In this document: positions 37,780 through 50,264 of the stretch, one piece after another
How the letters are laid out: each line of letters starts with the position of its first letter
How positions within the stretch are numbered: the stretch's first letter is position 1
NCBI GenBank assembly: GCA_013239625.1
Contig: MU054187.1
Span: 3,235,757-3,299,756 of the forward strand
Direction of reading: 5' to 3'
Length of the DNA stretch: 64,000 nucleotides
Source: Lama guanicoe
Lineage: Eukaryota
Program-made: the position numbers and the translations under genes
Notes under the pieces: model-generated
Told to the model about the DNA's origin: nothing
What the model saw: only the letters and a program-made list of their open reading frames with translations
The model's database searches: none

Positions 37780-38530
37780 CATATATAAACCCCAAGGAGC
37801 CTGAGCTCCTTCCCAGCTGAAAGTCTCTAAACACACAAGGAAACAAGCCACCATGAGCGAGAGTCAGAAGACCTCAGAATCAGATCTACAAAGTCAGCAG
37901 ATATTAGAATTATGAGTCAAAATATAAAATAAATGTTTTTAATATTTTTCAAAAATTTAAAGCATGGTATAAAAATAAGAGACAGTCAGGTAGACCCAGG
38001 CCGAATAAAACATCCAGAAGTGAGAAATTAAGAAATTAAAATTAAAATCTCAATGGATGGATTAAACAGCAGACTAGATACAGCCAAAGAAGTAATTGGT
38101 GACTTGGAAGAGAAATCTGAAGAAATGCAACACAAGGAAACAAACACATAGAAAATACTTTTAAGTGTTAAAAAAGATGTAGAAGATGGAGTAAAAATGG
38201 GTTCTCATATATTTAATTGTAATTCTAAAAGGGTTAACTAAAGGATAAACATTATTTGGGATTAGGGATAGCCAATATTTGAAGAGATAATGGCTGAGAA
38301 TTTTCCAGAATCGATTAAATATGCATACCTTCATATTGAAGAAACCTAACAATTTTAAACAGAATAAATTAAATAAAAATAATGGTATGAAAAGCATAAA
38401 ATAAGAGAGAGCAAAATGTAAGGCAAATAGAAAGTATAAACTATATGGTAAAGATAAAGATAAATATAAATGCATTGATAGTAACAGTGGTTGTAAATAA
38501 ACTATAATCACCAATTAAAACACAAGAATC
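37780..38530 (+). mobile_element. Old L1/HAL1 ORF1-region remnant
   Basis: A-rich; ctcaatggatggattaaacagcagactagatacagc and gagataatggctgagaattttccagaa. Confidence 0.75.
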
Positions 38531-38639
38531 CTCAGGCTCTTTCTACCAAAACAAAACAGAACAAAAACAAAAACCAAAAAACAACTTTAAAATCTGCAAA
38601 ATCGTTCCGCCTTGGTCATGTACCAGAGCTGGATTACGA

Positions 38640-38749
38640 GAGTGCTGTTCCCTCATAGCCACGGCCCCGCCTCACCCAAGGGGAGGGGCTGCACAGGCAA
38701 GGACACCAGGAGGCGGGGAACTGGGGGCTCTCGGAAGTCTGCCTATCAC
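38640..38749 (-). mobile_element. MLT1F/G-like LTR 5' fragment
   Basis: Reverse complement gtgataggcagac..ccccgcctcctggtg..cccctccccttgggtg. Confidence 0.65.
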
Positions 38750-38769
38750 TAAGAGCTTGCGCATTTGTT

Positions 38770-39250
38770 AAACTAGGGTTCAATTGCCAAATTTTCTGAT
38801 GAACGTTTATTCCGGCCCCCCACCCGCCCACAGCGTGCTTGCGTCTCCAGCACTGGGCGTCATCATTACTCCTAATCTTTGCCAAACACAGGCCACCACT
38901 GCCGGCTGGGACCATTGCACAGGGTGTGGCAATAGGAGAACAGTCTCACGTGCTTTCATTAACATTAAGATTATTACAGTCTTCGGTAACTTTCTTTTCC
39001 TTTGCAAAATATCTGTCCATTTATTTGATCGCTTTTCTCTAGGGGTCATTCTCTGTTCCTTGTTGCTTTGTAACCTCATTTTGGATGTTAAGATTGCTAA
39101 CTACTAACGGCCCATACGGCCAGTATTTTCTCATGGTATATTTTCTCGTTCACGTGGTTATAGTGCCTTGCACTGTGCAAAAATGTTTTTTAACTTTCAT
39201 AATCAGACATATTAATTTTGATGGTTTCTTTTCTGCGTTTTTAATTCTCT
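38770..39250 (-). mobile_element. Degraded L1 ORF2 3' remnant
   Basis: ccagcactgggc..ctaatctttgccaa and other reverse L1 motifs. Confidence 0.55.
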
Positions 39251-39523
39251 GACATATTTTCCTGAGCTTTTAATTTTTAAAAGGAGAGCAGTAAAGGAAT
39301 CAGTCGGGATTGCCGGTTTCCATCCCAGGTGACAGTTAGGATCTGGACTGGGGGAGCACTGCGCAAAGATGGAGTTTCCAATAATGCAGTGCCCATCAGA
39401 CTTCAGACTGTTATGTCAGTCGATTCTTAACCTAAGGTACCCAGCCAGAGATGCATGCATTATTCCTTACATGGCTTGGCCAAGGGGGATAGACAGCATC
39501 GTTCTGTTAACAGGTCAGGACAC

Positions 39524-39664
39524 CAGCTGTCATCTCCATTTTTTTTTTCATTTCTTGTCTTTGGTCTATCAAATTACAGCTCTGAGTATTTGAAAACAAA
39601 CAGAAGAATGAGATCAGCTTTTTTCTAGAGCATGTCGTTTTGCTCTTGAGTTTTATCCTTATCT
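39524..39664 (-). pseudogene. Fossil exon candidate (E)IRIKL / QEQNDML*KK .. LIDQRQEMKKKMEMTA
   Basis: ttattgcttag acceptor, phase 1 entry matches previous exon; weak donor. Confidence 0.4.
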
Positions 39665-40108
39665 CTAAGCAATAATTGCATGTTATATTCACCATTTCCA
39701 TTTCCATCTGAGATTTTAAACTAGTCTTGAAAAAAAAACCACTTTGGATAATCAAGAAAGTGTGCCTTTCAGGCAAAATCACTTCTCCCTGCTAAATTAA
39801 AAAAAAAAACAATGAAATATTTCCTTAGCGGAAACAAAATCACCCTATGATTTATCTGTTAGAAAGTAGCCTCAAATCCTCCTCCACTTGTGGATGAGTA
39901 AGTCACAATATGAGGATTGAAGTAAGTTCCTGAAGCCTCCCTTGAAGTTTGGGCATTAAATTTCCTTGTCCAGAAAATGAGAAAGTTAATCTGGCTGACT
40001 TCTGAGGTCCTGCTCCAATCTAACCCTCAGATTCTAATTGATGCTACTCAAGGTTTTCCGCTTACATGCCTTCTTTGGCCCTTTCAAACTCCTAGTTGTA
40101 CGTCTTAC

Positions 40109-40458
40109 CTCCAGGTGTATCCTCTTTTAATGTTCAGATTCCTGCTATACATTCTTGTAAGATACCTCATCACTGTTTCAGCGTCAGTGGATCTAGACAC
40201 TTGCTACCGCCTCAAACTTCACTTGGTTTGCTGGGACTGGTGACCCTCTCCTTTTCAGCATGCAGTCACGGAAGAAGGGATCACTTTTCATTATTTTCCT
40301 CTCTCGCCATATTTGATCAGTATCCAAAGCCAGAATATTTGTCTGCTGCAATATTTGTCTTCTTAACCTTCTTCCAATTCTTATGAACATGTTGGCTCAG
40401 GCTCCTAGTACGTCATTGTAGGACTCAGTGTTGAAAATCTTTGTCTTCTTTATTTTTC
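40109..40458 (-). pseudogene. Large degraded fossil exon candidate ending ..LQECIAGI*TLKEDTPG
   Basis: tactcatatcag acceptor, GAG|GTAAGA donor, purine-rich minus strand, multiple stops and frameshifts. Confidence 0.4.
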
Positions 40459-41109
40459 CTGATATGAGTAATCCAAACCTCTGCATCCAGGCTGATGTCT
40501 GTGTAGCTCCCTATTGTCTGATGAATTAAGAACAGACTACGTAGCCTGGCCACACAGCCCCTCTGCAATATGCCAGGCTTAGCCTTCCAGTCCCTCCCCT
40601 GTCTTTCCCTCTGTTTACTCCCAGGGTCTTGGCCACCCAGGATGCTTACTAGTTCCTGAATACTTTGTGAATATTTTTGCTGTTTCCTTGTCTTTTGGGT
40701 TTGATTGAATTCTTATTTTCAGTGTTTAACATTTCTGCAAATGTTTGGGATATCTACTTTAGCTAAAACAAGGAGAAATAATAAGTAATCATTTAAAATC
40801 TTTATCCTCATTCAAAAAAACTCAACATTTATTTTTCTTGGGGCTAAAAAATATATTACATACCAGGGAAACACAGCAGAACTCAAATAAAACATCTGTG
40901 CAGGACACTGAGGGTTGAGTGTGTTACAATTAGATGGACCTTTGAGCCTCGACTCCAGTCTCCTGGTGAAGGTCAGAGAAGTGAGGAGCTCACGAGGCCA
41001 CATCGCTGCTCAGGAATAAATCTTGGGCCAAAGACTTTAACATTTTTTGTAGTTCAAAGAACTATCCAAATGCATCTTTTCACAGGGCCTGGCCCATTGT
41101 CTCCTCAAC

Positions 41110-41780
41110 AGCTGGGTATTTAGTACCTGCAATCTGTGATGTGCTGGGTCCTGGGAATATAAAAGCAAAATGCTTTCCAGAAACACGGCCAAGGAGGAGA
41201 TATGTGTAGACAGATAAATGTGACAAAGGTGACAGGTGCTGTGACAGAAGTTGTGTGCTGTTCAGACAGAAAGGAGGTGGTGGCTGCTCTGCCTGATGGG
41301 ACAAGGGAAAGCAGAGGATCTCACAGACAAGGTAACCCCTTCACAAAAAAAGAGAACTGTGCACCAGGGCAGACCAGCAAGGGACCAGCACAAGCGAAGG
41401 CACAAAAGCATGAATTAGAGGAAAGTATCTGGGGAAAACGCAGACAATTTGGAGAGTCTGAAAGTCCAGGTACAAGATAAGGCACAGCAAAACTAAAACT
41501 GCTCCGAAGTGTGAAGGGACCTGTGATACCTTACAGAGGAGTTTGGAATAATCATTATTGTTACCACCATTTTTAATAGTGATGATCAATTACTCATTGC
41601 AATTAATGGGTTCTGTATTTATTTGATCACTTGCTATGACCACTATGATCGGTGATTTACATTAACAGACAAGAAAACTGAGCATCCAGGATTAACTCAC
41701 TTGCCTAAAGCAAGAGAGCTATTAAGTATTGGGGCCAGTATTTGAATAAGGTCCACCTGGCTTCAAAGCTGAACGTGGAT
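41110..41780 (-). mobile_element. L2 3' fragment followed by MIR
   Basis: tatttagtacctgcaatctgtg..gtgctggg; agacaagaaaactgag..cacttgcctaa. Confidence 0.6.
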
Positions 41781-41896
41781 GGATTTCACTTTACCCATCT
41801 TTAATCCATGGACAATATGCACCATCAGAATACTGGAAACAAAGAAGAAATAGGAACAGATTCTTGCCTTGGAACAGTCTGGCAACAGTGTAGAGT

Positions 41897-42084
41897 TCCA
41901 CTGTCCAATAGAGCAACCACTTCATACGTTGAAAAGTAAATACTTTAATAATTAAAAGCTCGGTTTCTCAGTGACAGTAGCCACATCTCAAGTGCTCGAC
42001 AGCCACACGTGACTGATGGCTACTGACTGGCTGGCACCAAATGACCATTCCTACCATCACAGAAAGTCCTGTTGGGCAGCACTG
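41897..42084 (-). mobile_element. MER3-like hAT MITE
   Basis: ctgtccaatag..tagccacatctcaagtgctc..catcacagaaagtcctgttgggcagcactg. Confidence 0.8.
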
Positions 42085-42203
42085 ACACAGAGGATGCACT
42101 GAGCTCTGTGCGATGGGGCAAGGGAGGGCAAGGAGACCGCGAGCCAGGACAGGCGAGAAAGGAGCTGAGAAGAGATGGAGGCAGTGGTTAGCAGGGCTCA
42201 CGC

Positions 42204-42403
42204 CAGGGATTCTCAAAGTGTGATCTGTGACGTCCTCCCCGCTCCACCAGCAGCAGCAGAGCACGGGGGACTTGTTAGAAATGCATGTTCTCAGCACACG
42301 CCGGACACACTGAATCAGAAACACGGAGAATGATGTCCTGCCACCTCTGCTGTGACAAGCTCTGCAGGGGATTCTGATGCTCCCTGGAGGGTGAAGGCTA
42401 CTG
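42204..42403 (+). mobile_element. MER5A-like hAT MITE
   Basis: ttctcaaagtgtg..cttgttagaaatgca..actgaatcagaaac..gattctgatgc. Confidence 0.85.
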
Positions 42404-42419
42404 ACTTAGAGGAAGGGAC

Positions 42420-43310
42420 AGATTTGTAAAGTTTGTGCAGAAATATGAGCACCTCTGTGGTCAAATGTGAGGTAAACAGAAAAAAGAGCAAATCTAGGCC
42501 AAGTGCGGGTGGGGTGGGTGGATGAGTCTAGAAGGAGACGCACATTCAAGGGGAAAAGAGAATGAGTTTGAGCTGGAGTTTGGGTTCGTCAGGGACACTC
42601 AGTCCTTGAGATCACCTATTGGAAGTGTCAGTCTGGAAACAGGGAGAAAGTTCTGGAATGGAGACACATGTTTAGAGTCATCAGAATTTAGGCACACTAG
42701 ATTAGCCAGCAATGGATTGGATGGGTAGCTCTACCAAAAAAAAAGGAATTTCTCTATGTGTCTGTAAGTGCTGAGGGTTATCGAGATTTGAGTGCAATTC
42801 TCTACATGCTGGTTCCTTTTATCTCCTATTCAAGGAGGCATCTCAAAATGCAAATTTGGTCTGTTGGATGTGAATATGTTTTATTTTTAAAAAATAAATA
42901 ATTAACCTGCACTGTTATTCTGAATAATATTAGTGTGTGTAACTTGTCAAACAGGATACATACAATCCTAAAGTGTGTACGGGGAAGAGGGGACGGATGA
43001 CTCCTGTTCTCTTGAGCCTGGAGTGTGGGCTGCAGCCGAGGAACCAGCAAGGTGGGAGGGGAAATGGTCAGAGAGGTAATGGGGTGATGTCCCAAAAGTC
43101 AAGAGGGGAGCGTTTCCAGGAGGAGGTGATGAGCACTGCCGTATTCCAGATGCCGGTAAGATGAGACCTTGGACTTGGCCTTAGGTGGACATCAATGAAC
43201 TTTTCAAAATCATTTCTGTAGGGCAACCAGGGACAATCTGGCAAGTCAACCAAGAAGACCAAAATGGTTGAAACAAAAACAGGAGGTGAGGAAACGGGGC
43301 GGCAGGGGTA
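42420..43310 (-). mobile_element. Degraded L2 fragments
   Basis: Purine-rich reverse-L2 motifs (ggagacacatgtttagagtcatcag; ccaaaagtcaagaggggagcgtttccagg). Confidence 0.5.
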
Positions 43311-43411
43311 AATTTACATGTTGCCCTGTTCCTTGGTCACAAAAGAGTCACTTTTCCTTCTCAGTATCTTCCAGAGATTTCAGCGAAAACAGCTTTTTCT
43401 AACTTTCATAC

Positions 43412-43459
43412 CTTCTCTCCTCAGGGCTCCAGCATGAGTTGGCATGAAAGGCCAGCATA
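43412..43459 (-). pseudogene. Fossil exon YAGLSCQLMLEP*GEK
   Basis: tcttatttatag acceptor, AAG|GTATGA donor, 48 nt, phase 0-0; 131-nt intron from the previous exon. Confidence 0.55.
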
Positions 43460-43590
43460 CTATAAATAAGATCACTGCACCCGCCAACAGGGCCCACTGA
43501 TCCCGGACGGCGACTGAGCTCACCTTAACTCTCCCTTCCTTCCCAGGACTCCTCTCATCCAGCACATCTGGCTTGTCCTGCCCCACATAC

Positions 43591-43652
43591 CTTAATGACA
43601 TGTCTGAATCCTCAGAGCAAATATAGCTCAGGCTCTAAAGCTTGGACCTTCT
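43591..43652 (-). pseudogene. Fossil exon (E)KVQALEPELYLL*GFRHVIK
   Basis: catttttgtag acceptor, AAG|GTATGT donor, 62 nt, phase 1-0; single TGA. Confidence 0.6.
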
Positions 43653-44108
43653 CTACAAAAATGCCGTGTGTATTGTTCCTCACAACTGAGTTGGCCTAAA
43701 TTAACCCTCACAGCCCTCCTGGGAGGCAGGTTAGAAAGTATTATGGTGCTTATTTTGTAGATGAAAACTGCAGTCCTGTGGCTTGTCCAGTACCCTCCTG
43801 TCCTTAATCACAAAGCAACAATCCTATTTTATTTGTCTTATTAATGTATTCATTCCACATTTTTCCATGAAGGACTCCAAGTAGGGGTGTCTGAAAAATA
43901 TTAAGAGTAGAATGTCAAGACTAGGTGATGAGAGAACGTAGGTATTCAGATGTTAAATCTCTGCATAATTGGCACAGCTCAGCTTTAAATTTAGCTTTGA
44001 GGTTTTTGGCAGCCAAACAAAAAAGCAGACACTGTCAACTTGGCAGTTCCTACTTTCATAAAGGAACAAGAGTGCCAGTTTCTCAGAGGAGCCAAAGCCC
44101 CTCCTTGC

Positions 44109-44219
44109 CTAAGTTCTAAGAGGACCTTCAGATGCGCATCTTCACACAGAGAGCATTGCTGCAAACAGAGGTAGGGGACCATTTCATATGACGGCTTCTG
44201 ATGATTTCCTTCAGCAAAA
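44109..44219 (-). pseudogene. Fossil exon candidate (V)LLKEIIRS.. / YEMVPYLCLQQCSLCEDAHLKVLLELR
   Basis: cttcacgttttaaag acceptor, AG|GCAAGG donor (GC-type or degraded), internal frameshift. Confidence 0.4.
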
Positions 44220-45927
44220 CTTTAAAACGTGAAGTTAGAAACCAACTTTCCAACACAAGCAAACATACTCATTTACTGATCACCAACAGGCAGTACCATA
44301 AGGATATAAAACCTTACGTCTTAGACAGGATCTCAGTTTTCATGAGTATAGCTAAATGCTATGCACTAATTAGCACACAGTGGTAGAATATGCTCTCTCC
44401 TCATTAGAGCTAAAACTCTGGTAGCCTTACTAAGCTAACTGTGTACCCACACACACCACACACACATACATGCACACACACTCTACCATCCTAATAAGAA
44501 AAAATTTATAACAAAATTTTTAAGAAGAAACTAAAGCATACTTGGGGTTTCAGGAAATGCTAATTGGCTGGAGTGAATTGTCATCTATTGTTCTGAGATG
44601 CTCGTAGAGTGACTATACATTGAGGGGACTAAAGAATATAGGTAATTTTGGGGGGCACGTAAGTTATAATGAGAGCAAATGCTAAGTAACTGTCTCCCCT
44701 GACTCACAGGCACTGATGATCACTATTATTTTTAATTAATCACGAATCTCCCCTGAATGCTAATGAGGCTCCACCGGAATGGCCCCTTCCCCTTCGCGAG
44801 GTGCCAGCTGAGCCGGGCATCTAGCCATCTAGCCCTGTATCCGCGTGTCTCATTAGGTAATCTGCCCATGGACATCCAGTCACCGCATCCCTGCAGAGCT
44901 CCCAAGGCGCACCTGTTCTTCTAAAGCTGAATGTGTGTGTGAGGAAACCAGTCTGTTAAAATGCATTTAACGACGCCTGCTGGCCTCAGAGCTCTGAGCA
45001 AGGCAGTGGTCCAGAATATTAAAGAAACAAGCCATCCTCTCTGTCTTCAAGGAGTTCAAAATCTGGTCTGGGAAACAAAACAGTCACACAAGTTATGCAA
45101 CCAAAAACAATAACCTAAGGACCTATAAATGCATGCAAAGTAATGTAATATGTAATCAGTCACACTTAACAGCACACGGACACACAGCAGGGAAGGAGAA
45201 GGACGACCAGCAGGAGGAAGGATGAACATGCTGACCTCTGCCCCCACCAGCTCCGGGGCACCTGGACGCCGAGAGCAACACTAGCAGAGTTACAGCCCTG
45301 CTCTGCCCGCTGCCCAGGGGTGTGGGCAGGCGGGCCAAATTCTGCTATGCACAGAGAAATACCAGACTTGAGAATGGGGATTTCTTGTTTCAGACCAGTG
45401 ATTTATACATTTTAATGAGCTTTGACTTTACTGAGCGATTTTTAAAAGGAGATTTCAGGGTCACTTTTGTATATTCTAATTCCATATCTGGGGGTAGGGC
45501 CTGGGAACCTGCATATTCACAAGGCTGCCAAGGGTAGAGTGAGTTCGAGGGCCCCAGTGTGAGGCCCACTGCCAAGGGCTCTCGCTCAAGGCCCACTCAT
45601 GTGCGACTTAAGGGGGAAGTCAGTAACGGGGCTCTTGGAGTTCCCAGCCCCCGTTCATGAGCCGTACAGAGGAAGGGACTGGAATTCTAGAATGGTCCCT
45701 CCAAAGGCCCAAATGCCACTCAGAGCAAGAAATGGATAGGATATTAACCGGTGAAATTGCACGTTAGAAATTGTAAACACATGTACAAACCTAACATAGA
45801 AAAGTGCCATATTCTATGACTCATTTACCAACTGGCAGATTTTACTGGATGATTATATGTTGGCTTAAATCATTCAATTAAATTCTTTGAATTTACAAAG
45901 GAGTACAATATAAATTCAAGGGCTTAC

Positions 45928-45960
45928 CATAAGATGGAATTTTTGCATTAAATTTGCTAC
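45928..45960 (-). pseudogene. Small fossil exon candidate (33 nt; SKFNAKIPSY in phase 1-1)
   Basis: ATG|GTAAGC donor; weak acceptor. Confidence 0.3.
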
Positions 45961-48900
45961 CTAATAATTTTCATTGAATGAATTTTGGGTTTCCAAAAAA
46001 AGAAGTTTTTCATTCTTCTCTATTTAGTAGGCCTCAATTAGCTGTATTTGTTCTCTCAGATTAAATACTGTAATAATATTCTGTGAAACCTTATACCATG
46101 CTGTTATTATATTAAAAAAAAAACTTTGCAGGTACAAGATCCTATTTCCACAGGCATTTTGCAAATGAACCATCATTAGCCTTGTTCAAAAGAAACTCAG
46201 AAAGCAGGAGGAATTTACTCAGATTCTCAGGGCAAATGACATGAGTGGGAATTGACTGTGGAGTCCTTCAGTGAGACAGCAGCACTCATCACACACTCCC
46301 AAGGCCTGGGCTCGGTCCCGCAGGTTGGGAACAAACTGAGTATGTGGCTAGGCACCCGAAATCTGGGCATTAACTTGATCGCTCTTTTTAAGCTGTAATT
46401 TATCCCCCCAGAATCATCACTCCTTGCTAAATTTCCATAATTTCAAGTACAATTGTGTTGGAAGCTGAGAAGTGGATAGCCCTGCAGTGACTTTGCAGCC
46501 ATTCTTTGGGAAACTAAAAACAGAACAACAACAACAAAACTGGATTATCAAAGAATCCTAAATATAAGCAAACGCGCAAAGCCAGCAAGACCCAAGGTAG
46601 CATTCAGAGAGCGACAGGGAACATTTTGTCCGGAAATTGGGTTTCTGCCCCAAGCAGTCATGGGCAGTCAAGGGCGCCGTACAGGCGACGGGGCCAGGCT
46701 GTGGGGGACGCCAGAGCCCAGCTGGTCTCTTCATTCGTGCGCTGTCCGGGGGGCCAGCTGGAAGCGCCTGGACACTGAACGACACTTCAAAATGGGTCCA
46801 AGATGGGGTCTCAAGGGGAATTTTTAAAAATACGCTAACTGAACTTCTGAACACGGGGCGGACTTTCAGAGCAAGTAAGAAACCCCAGATCAGAGGAGAG
46901 CCCCAACGTGGAGCAGAGGTTCGAGGCGGCTCTCGGAAAGAGGGGCAGCCTGGGGGTCCTGGGGGCACTGCCCACAGAGGAGCGGGACGGCGGGGCGGGC
47001 GGTGGGCATCCGAGAGACAGGGACCCGCGAGAAGGTAATCAGCGCACTTTGTGGAATGGACAACACAGAGAAACCGCAGGAAGGAGTCTAAGTGTCGACC
47101 ATGGGAGGCTGGGGACAGAAGATCAAATATGGAGAGAAATGAGACACCTTGGAGTTGATGCACGACGCGAGAAAGGTAGCTGCAGAGAGAGTGGGAACAG
47201 CCTATATTTTGACAAGGCAGCAAGATCAAGTGAAAAAAGTTTTAATTAAAAAAATTTTTGAAACACACAAATAGAAGAGGCCCGGCAAGTTTCTTGGCAG
47301 AAGGAAAAAAGCATCTGGAAAGAAACTGAAGATGGTTGTGGGAGAGAGGATGCAATTAAAAACGTGAAAAAACAGCCTTTGTGAGAAGGAATAAATTAAC
47401 CTGATGAGCAAGGCTACATCTTCCTCAAAAAGGAGGAAGAAGAGACGGGAGGGAGATTAGATCTTCAATCGTGAGGATGGAAAACAAAGGTGTCGCTGGA
47501 CCACTTCCCTAGCTGCCCAGGAATTGGGGCTTGAGGGGAGGAGGGTTCAGGACACAGGTCTTCAGAGTGGGGTCCCAGGAACCCTGGGAGCACAGGGCAT
47601 GGACGCTGGGAGGACACTGACTCGCGGATCCTCTGACTCCTGGTGACTTGCTAGCGAGAGTCCCAGTGGGGCTCTTCTCGCCTCACTCCCCCTGTTAACC
47701 CTCCATCCTTCACTTCCTCAAAAGTGGGCAAATTCTCAGCCATCTCATACTCTGCCTGGGTGGAAAAGTTCAGGTGCACAAACAAAGGAAGAAAGTCAGC
47801 ATTTCTGTTTACTAAGGAAGCAGTTACCCATTCCTACCTGTCTAGCTCAGAGATACCTTTGCAGTAAAATATTTGCTTAGTAAGTATTTCTCAAACTCTG
47901 CCAGACATTTAGGATGTTTTGAGCAACTCCAGACTTACAATAAATTTTCATGATAACCCAACCCAGAAAAAAAATGTTTTAACATGGACTCTCTTAGTCA
48001 TAGTAAATAAAAATCTCTCAATAAAATACATACACACTTCACTGTATTAGAGGGCTGGTAGAGTGATGAATAGTGATATGAAGCATAAAGTACATTAGGA
48101 CAAAACTGGGGGGAGGAAGGATGGAATATGAGCTCAAGAAATGAAAGGAATAATGTGAAATCTTAATCTGTTAAAAAAAATTTGTAGGTGTGCTTTTCAA
48201 ATGGGTGGCATACTCACTTTAAATGGATAATGCCAGGTGTCAAATTAGCATGGTATTTCTGTCACACTGGATTCATTTAAAGGAGCGATGCAAACTTTTA
48301 TTTTAAAATGTCACCTTTACAATAAGCCAGGCAGCACATATTTTTTAACTGTATAAACTTTTGCTGAAGACGTCTGTGTCTCCATTTGAAAATATAGGAA
48401 GGTGCACACAGATTTTCAAAATTCTTTTAGGAGGTACACCAGAAACAACGATGATGGTGAATGACGGAATTGATGAACAGAAATACATGCCCAGTTGAAG
48501 TGGACGTGAACTCGTGGGAGGGCAGGTGGACAAAGTCCAGGGCCTTCTCTGGCAACGATCTGTAACCCAGAAGCAAAAATAAAGAATGAAGGACACGAAA
48601 TGGTAGAAAACTGGGAACAGCAAGATGCCAAGAAGGTCTTGAGTAGTGAAGACACACTAAAATAGCTGCCCACGGTACCCCAAGTGGACAGGGAAGTAAT
48701 GAGACCAGAAGCAGGTTACTGGATAGTCTAAGCTGGCTGGGTCCCAAAGGCTGAACGAGGGCCGTAGAAGGGGAAAGAGAGAGGCGCGTGCCAACTCTGT
48801 TTTCCAAAGCAGAGAGGCGCAGTGAAACAGTGAGGCTGTCACTCTGTGGCTGTGATGAGATGGAGATTTTCATAACAAGGAAGTCAAGGAATCATGAGGC

Positions 48901-50264
48901 AAAAAGCAGGAACAAAAGGGTGGCGCGGATACTGAAATACACTGGAATGGCCAGAGGTGCTGTCGGGGAACGAGGTGAAGCAGACCCCAGCTGGGGGAGG
49001 GGCTGGGCAGGCTGCCGCGGCAGCTAAGCAGGGGAGGGCGGGTGAAGTCAGAGAAGGGTGCTGTGATTACCCAGCGTGGACTTTAAGGACCAAGGAAAGA
49101 GCTTCGTATTCCAGCACTGACCCAGGGACGTGTATAGAAGATGCAGACTCTCACACTCCACTTCAGTGGTGCAGAAATGAAACTTCATTTCCCATGTCTT
49201 AATTTGCCCAAGAGCTCTGACTTGACACTGAGGACAAGGGAAAAGAGAAACAAAAAATCTTTACCCCAGTCCTTCTCTGCAGCTCAGCTCCTCCTGCTTT
49301 ACAACATGGTCTATAAGGTCAAACTCAGGCCTCTCCCAGGAGGTGATCTCAGCTCCTTGGGTTGGTATCTGGCTGTTCATACCCAGGTCCAGGTGTCAGA
49401 GAAGAGGCATCTGTCCAGATGGTTAATGACAGCCTCTCCCTCCGCTTCTCTGCTAAGCATTTGCTGTTAATTGATCCAAGCCAGGAGCCTGAGTGGCTCT
49501 CCCTCCTGACAGCACCTGGGGCTCAGACAACCCCCAGCCCCATCCAGACACCAAAGACCTGAGCACACGAACTGGGGTCCAGCCACCACAAGACCAGGGC
49601 ACTCCACGTGGCTGGGCTGGGACACCATCTCTTCCTCTCATCTTGGGCGGGAAGCCAAGGACTCACCCGTGCAGGGGTGCCCACGTCTTCTGCTGCCCTG
49701 TCACGTGCTGCATCTTCCCTCTTTGCGGCTGAAACGCCAGAGGATTCTCTGAGTCAAAGCCCCTTGAGAACCCAAATTAAATCACTTCTCCCTCACATAC
49801 CATCACACAACTGAAAATCAGATTTCCCAGACCCTGTTCCAGCACCCGCAGCCCAGAGCCTCGTGGTGTGAAGCCCAGCCCTCCCCTGAGAGCGGTGCGT
49901 CTGGAAAGCTTTGCTGCCCGAACGGCAGAGACTGAGCGCCGGCCCTGATGCCAAGGAGCCGGCAGCCCTTCCTCTCTCAGAGCGGCCTTGCTGCTTTTGA
50001 AGACGAGGCCGCTGGAGGCACAGTGTGAAGAAGCTTCCACGGGAGGCGGTCCGGGGACCGCGGTGTCTCTGCGGGAGGGCACCTGGCCCCGCTGTGCGAG
50101 TGCGCGGGGCGGGGACAGGGCCCTGACGGCCCACCCAGCCCCTTCTCCCGAGCGCAGGGCACTGTGACCAGCTGGGCGCCCGAAGGGGCCTCAGAGCCAG
50201 CGAGCACAGAACTGAGCTCATCTTTCTCTCAACACTGTGTCTTCAGCACCAAAGGTGTGACCAG

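Noticed and set aside
46558..47249. 223-aa minus ORF and overlapping plus ORFs
   Set aside because: GC-rich, low-information translation with no exon boundaries fitting the fossil gene.
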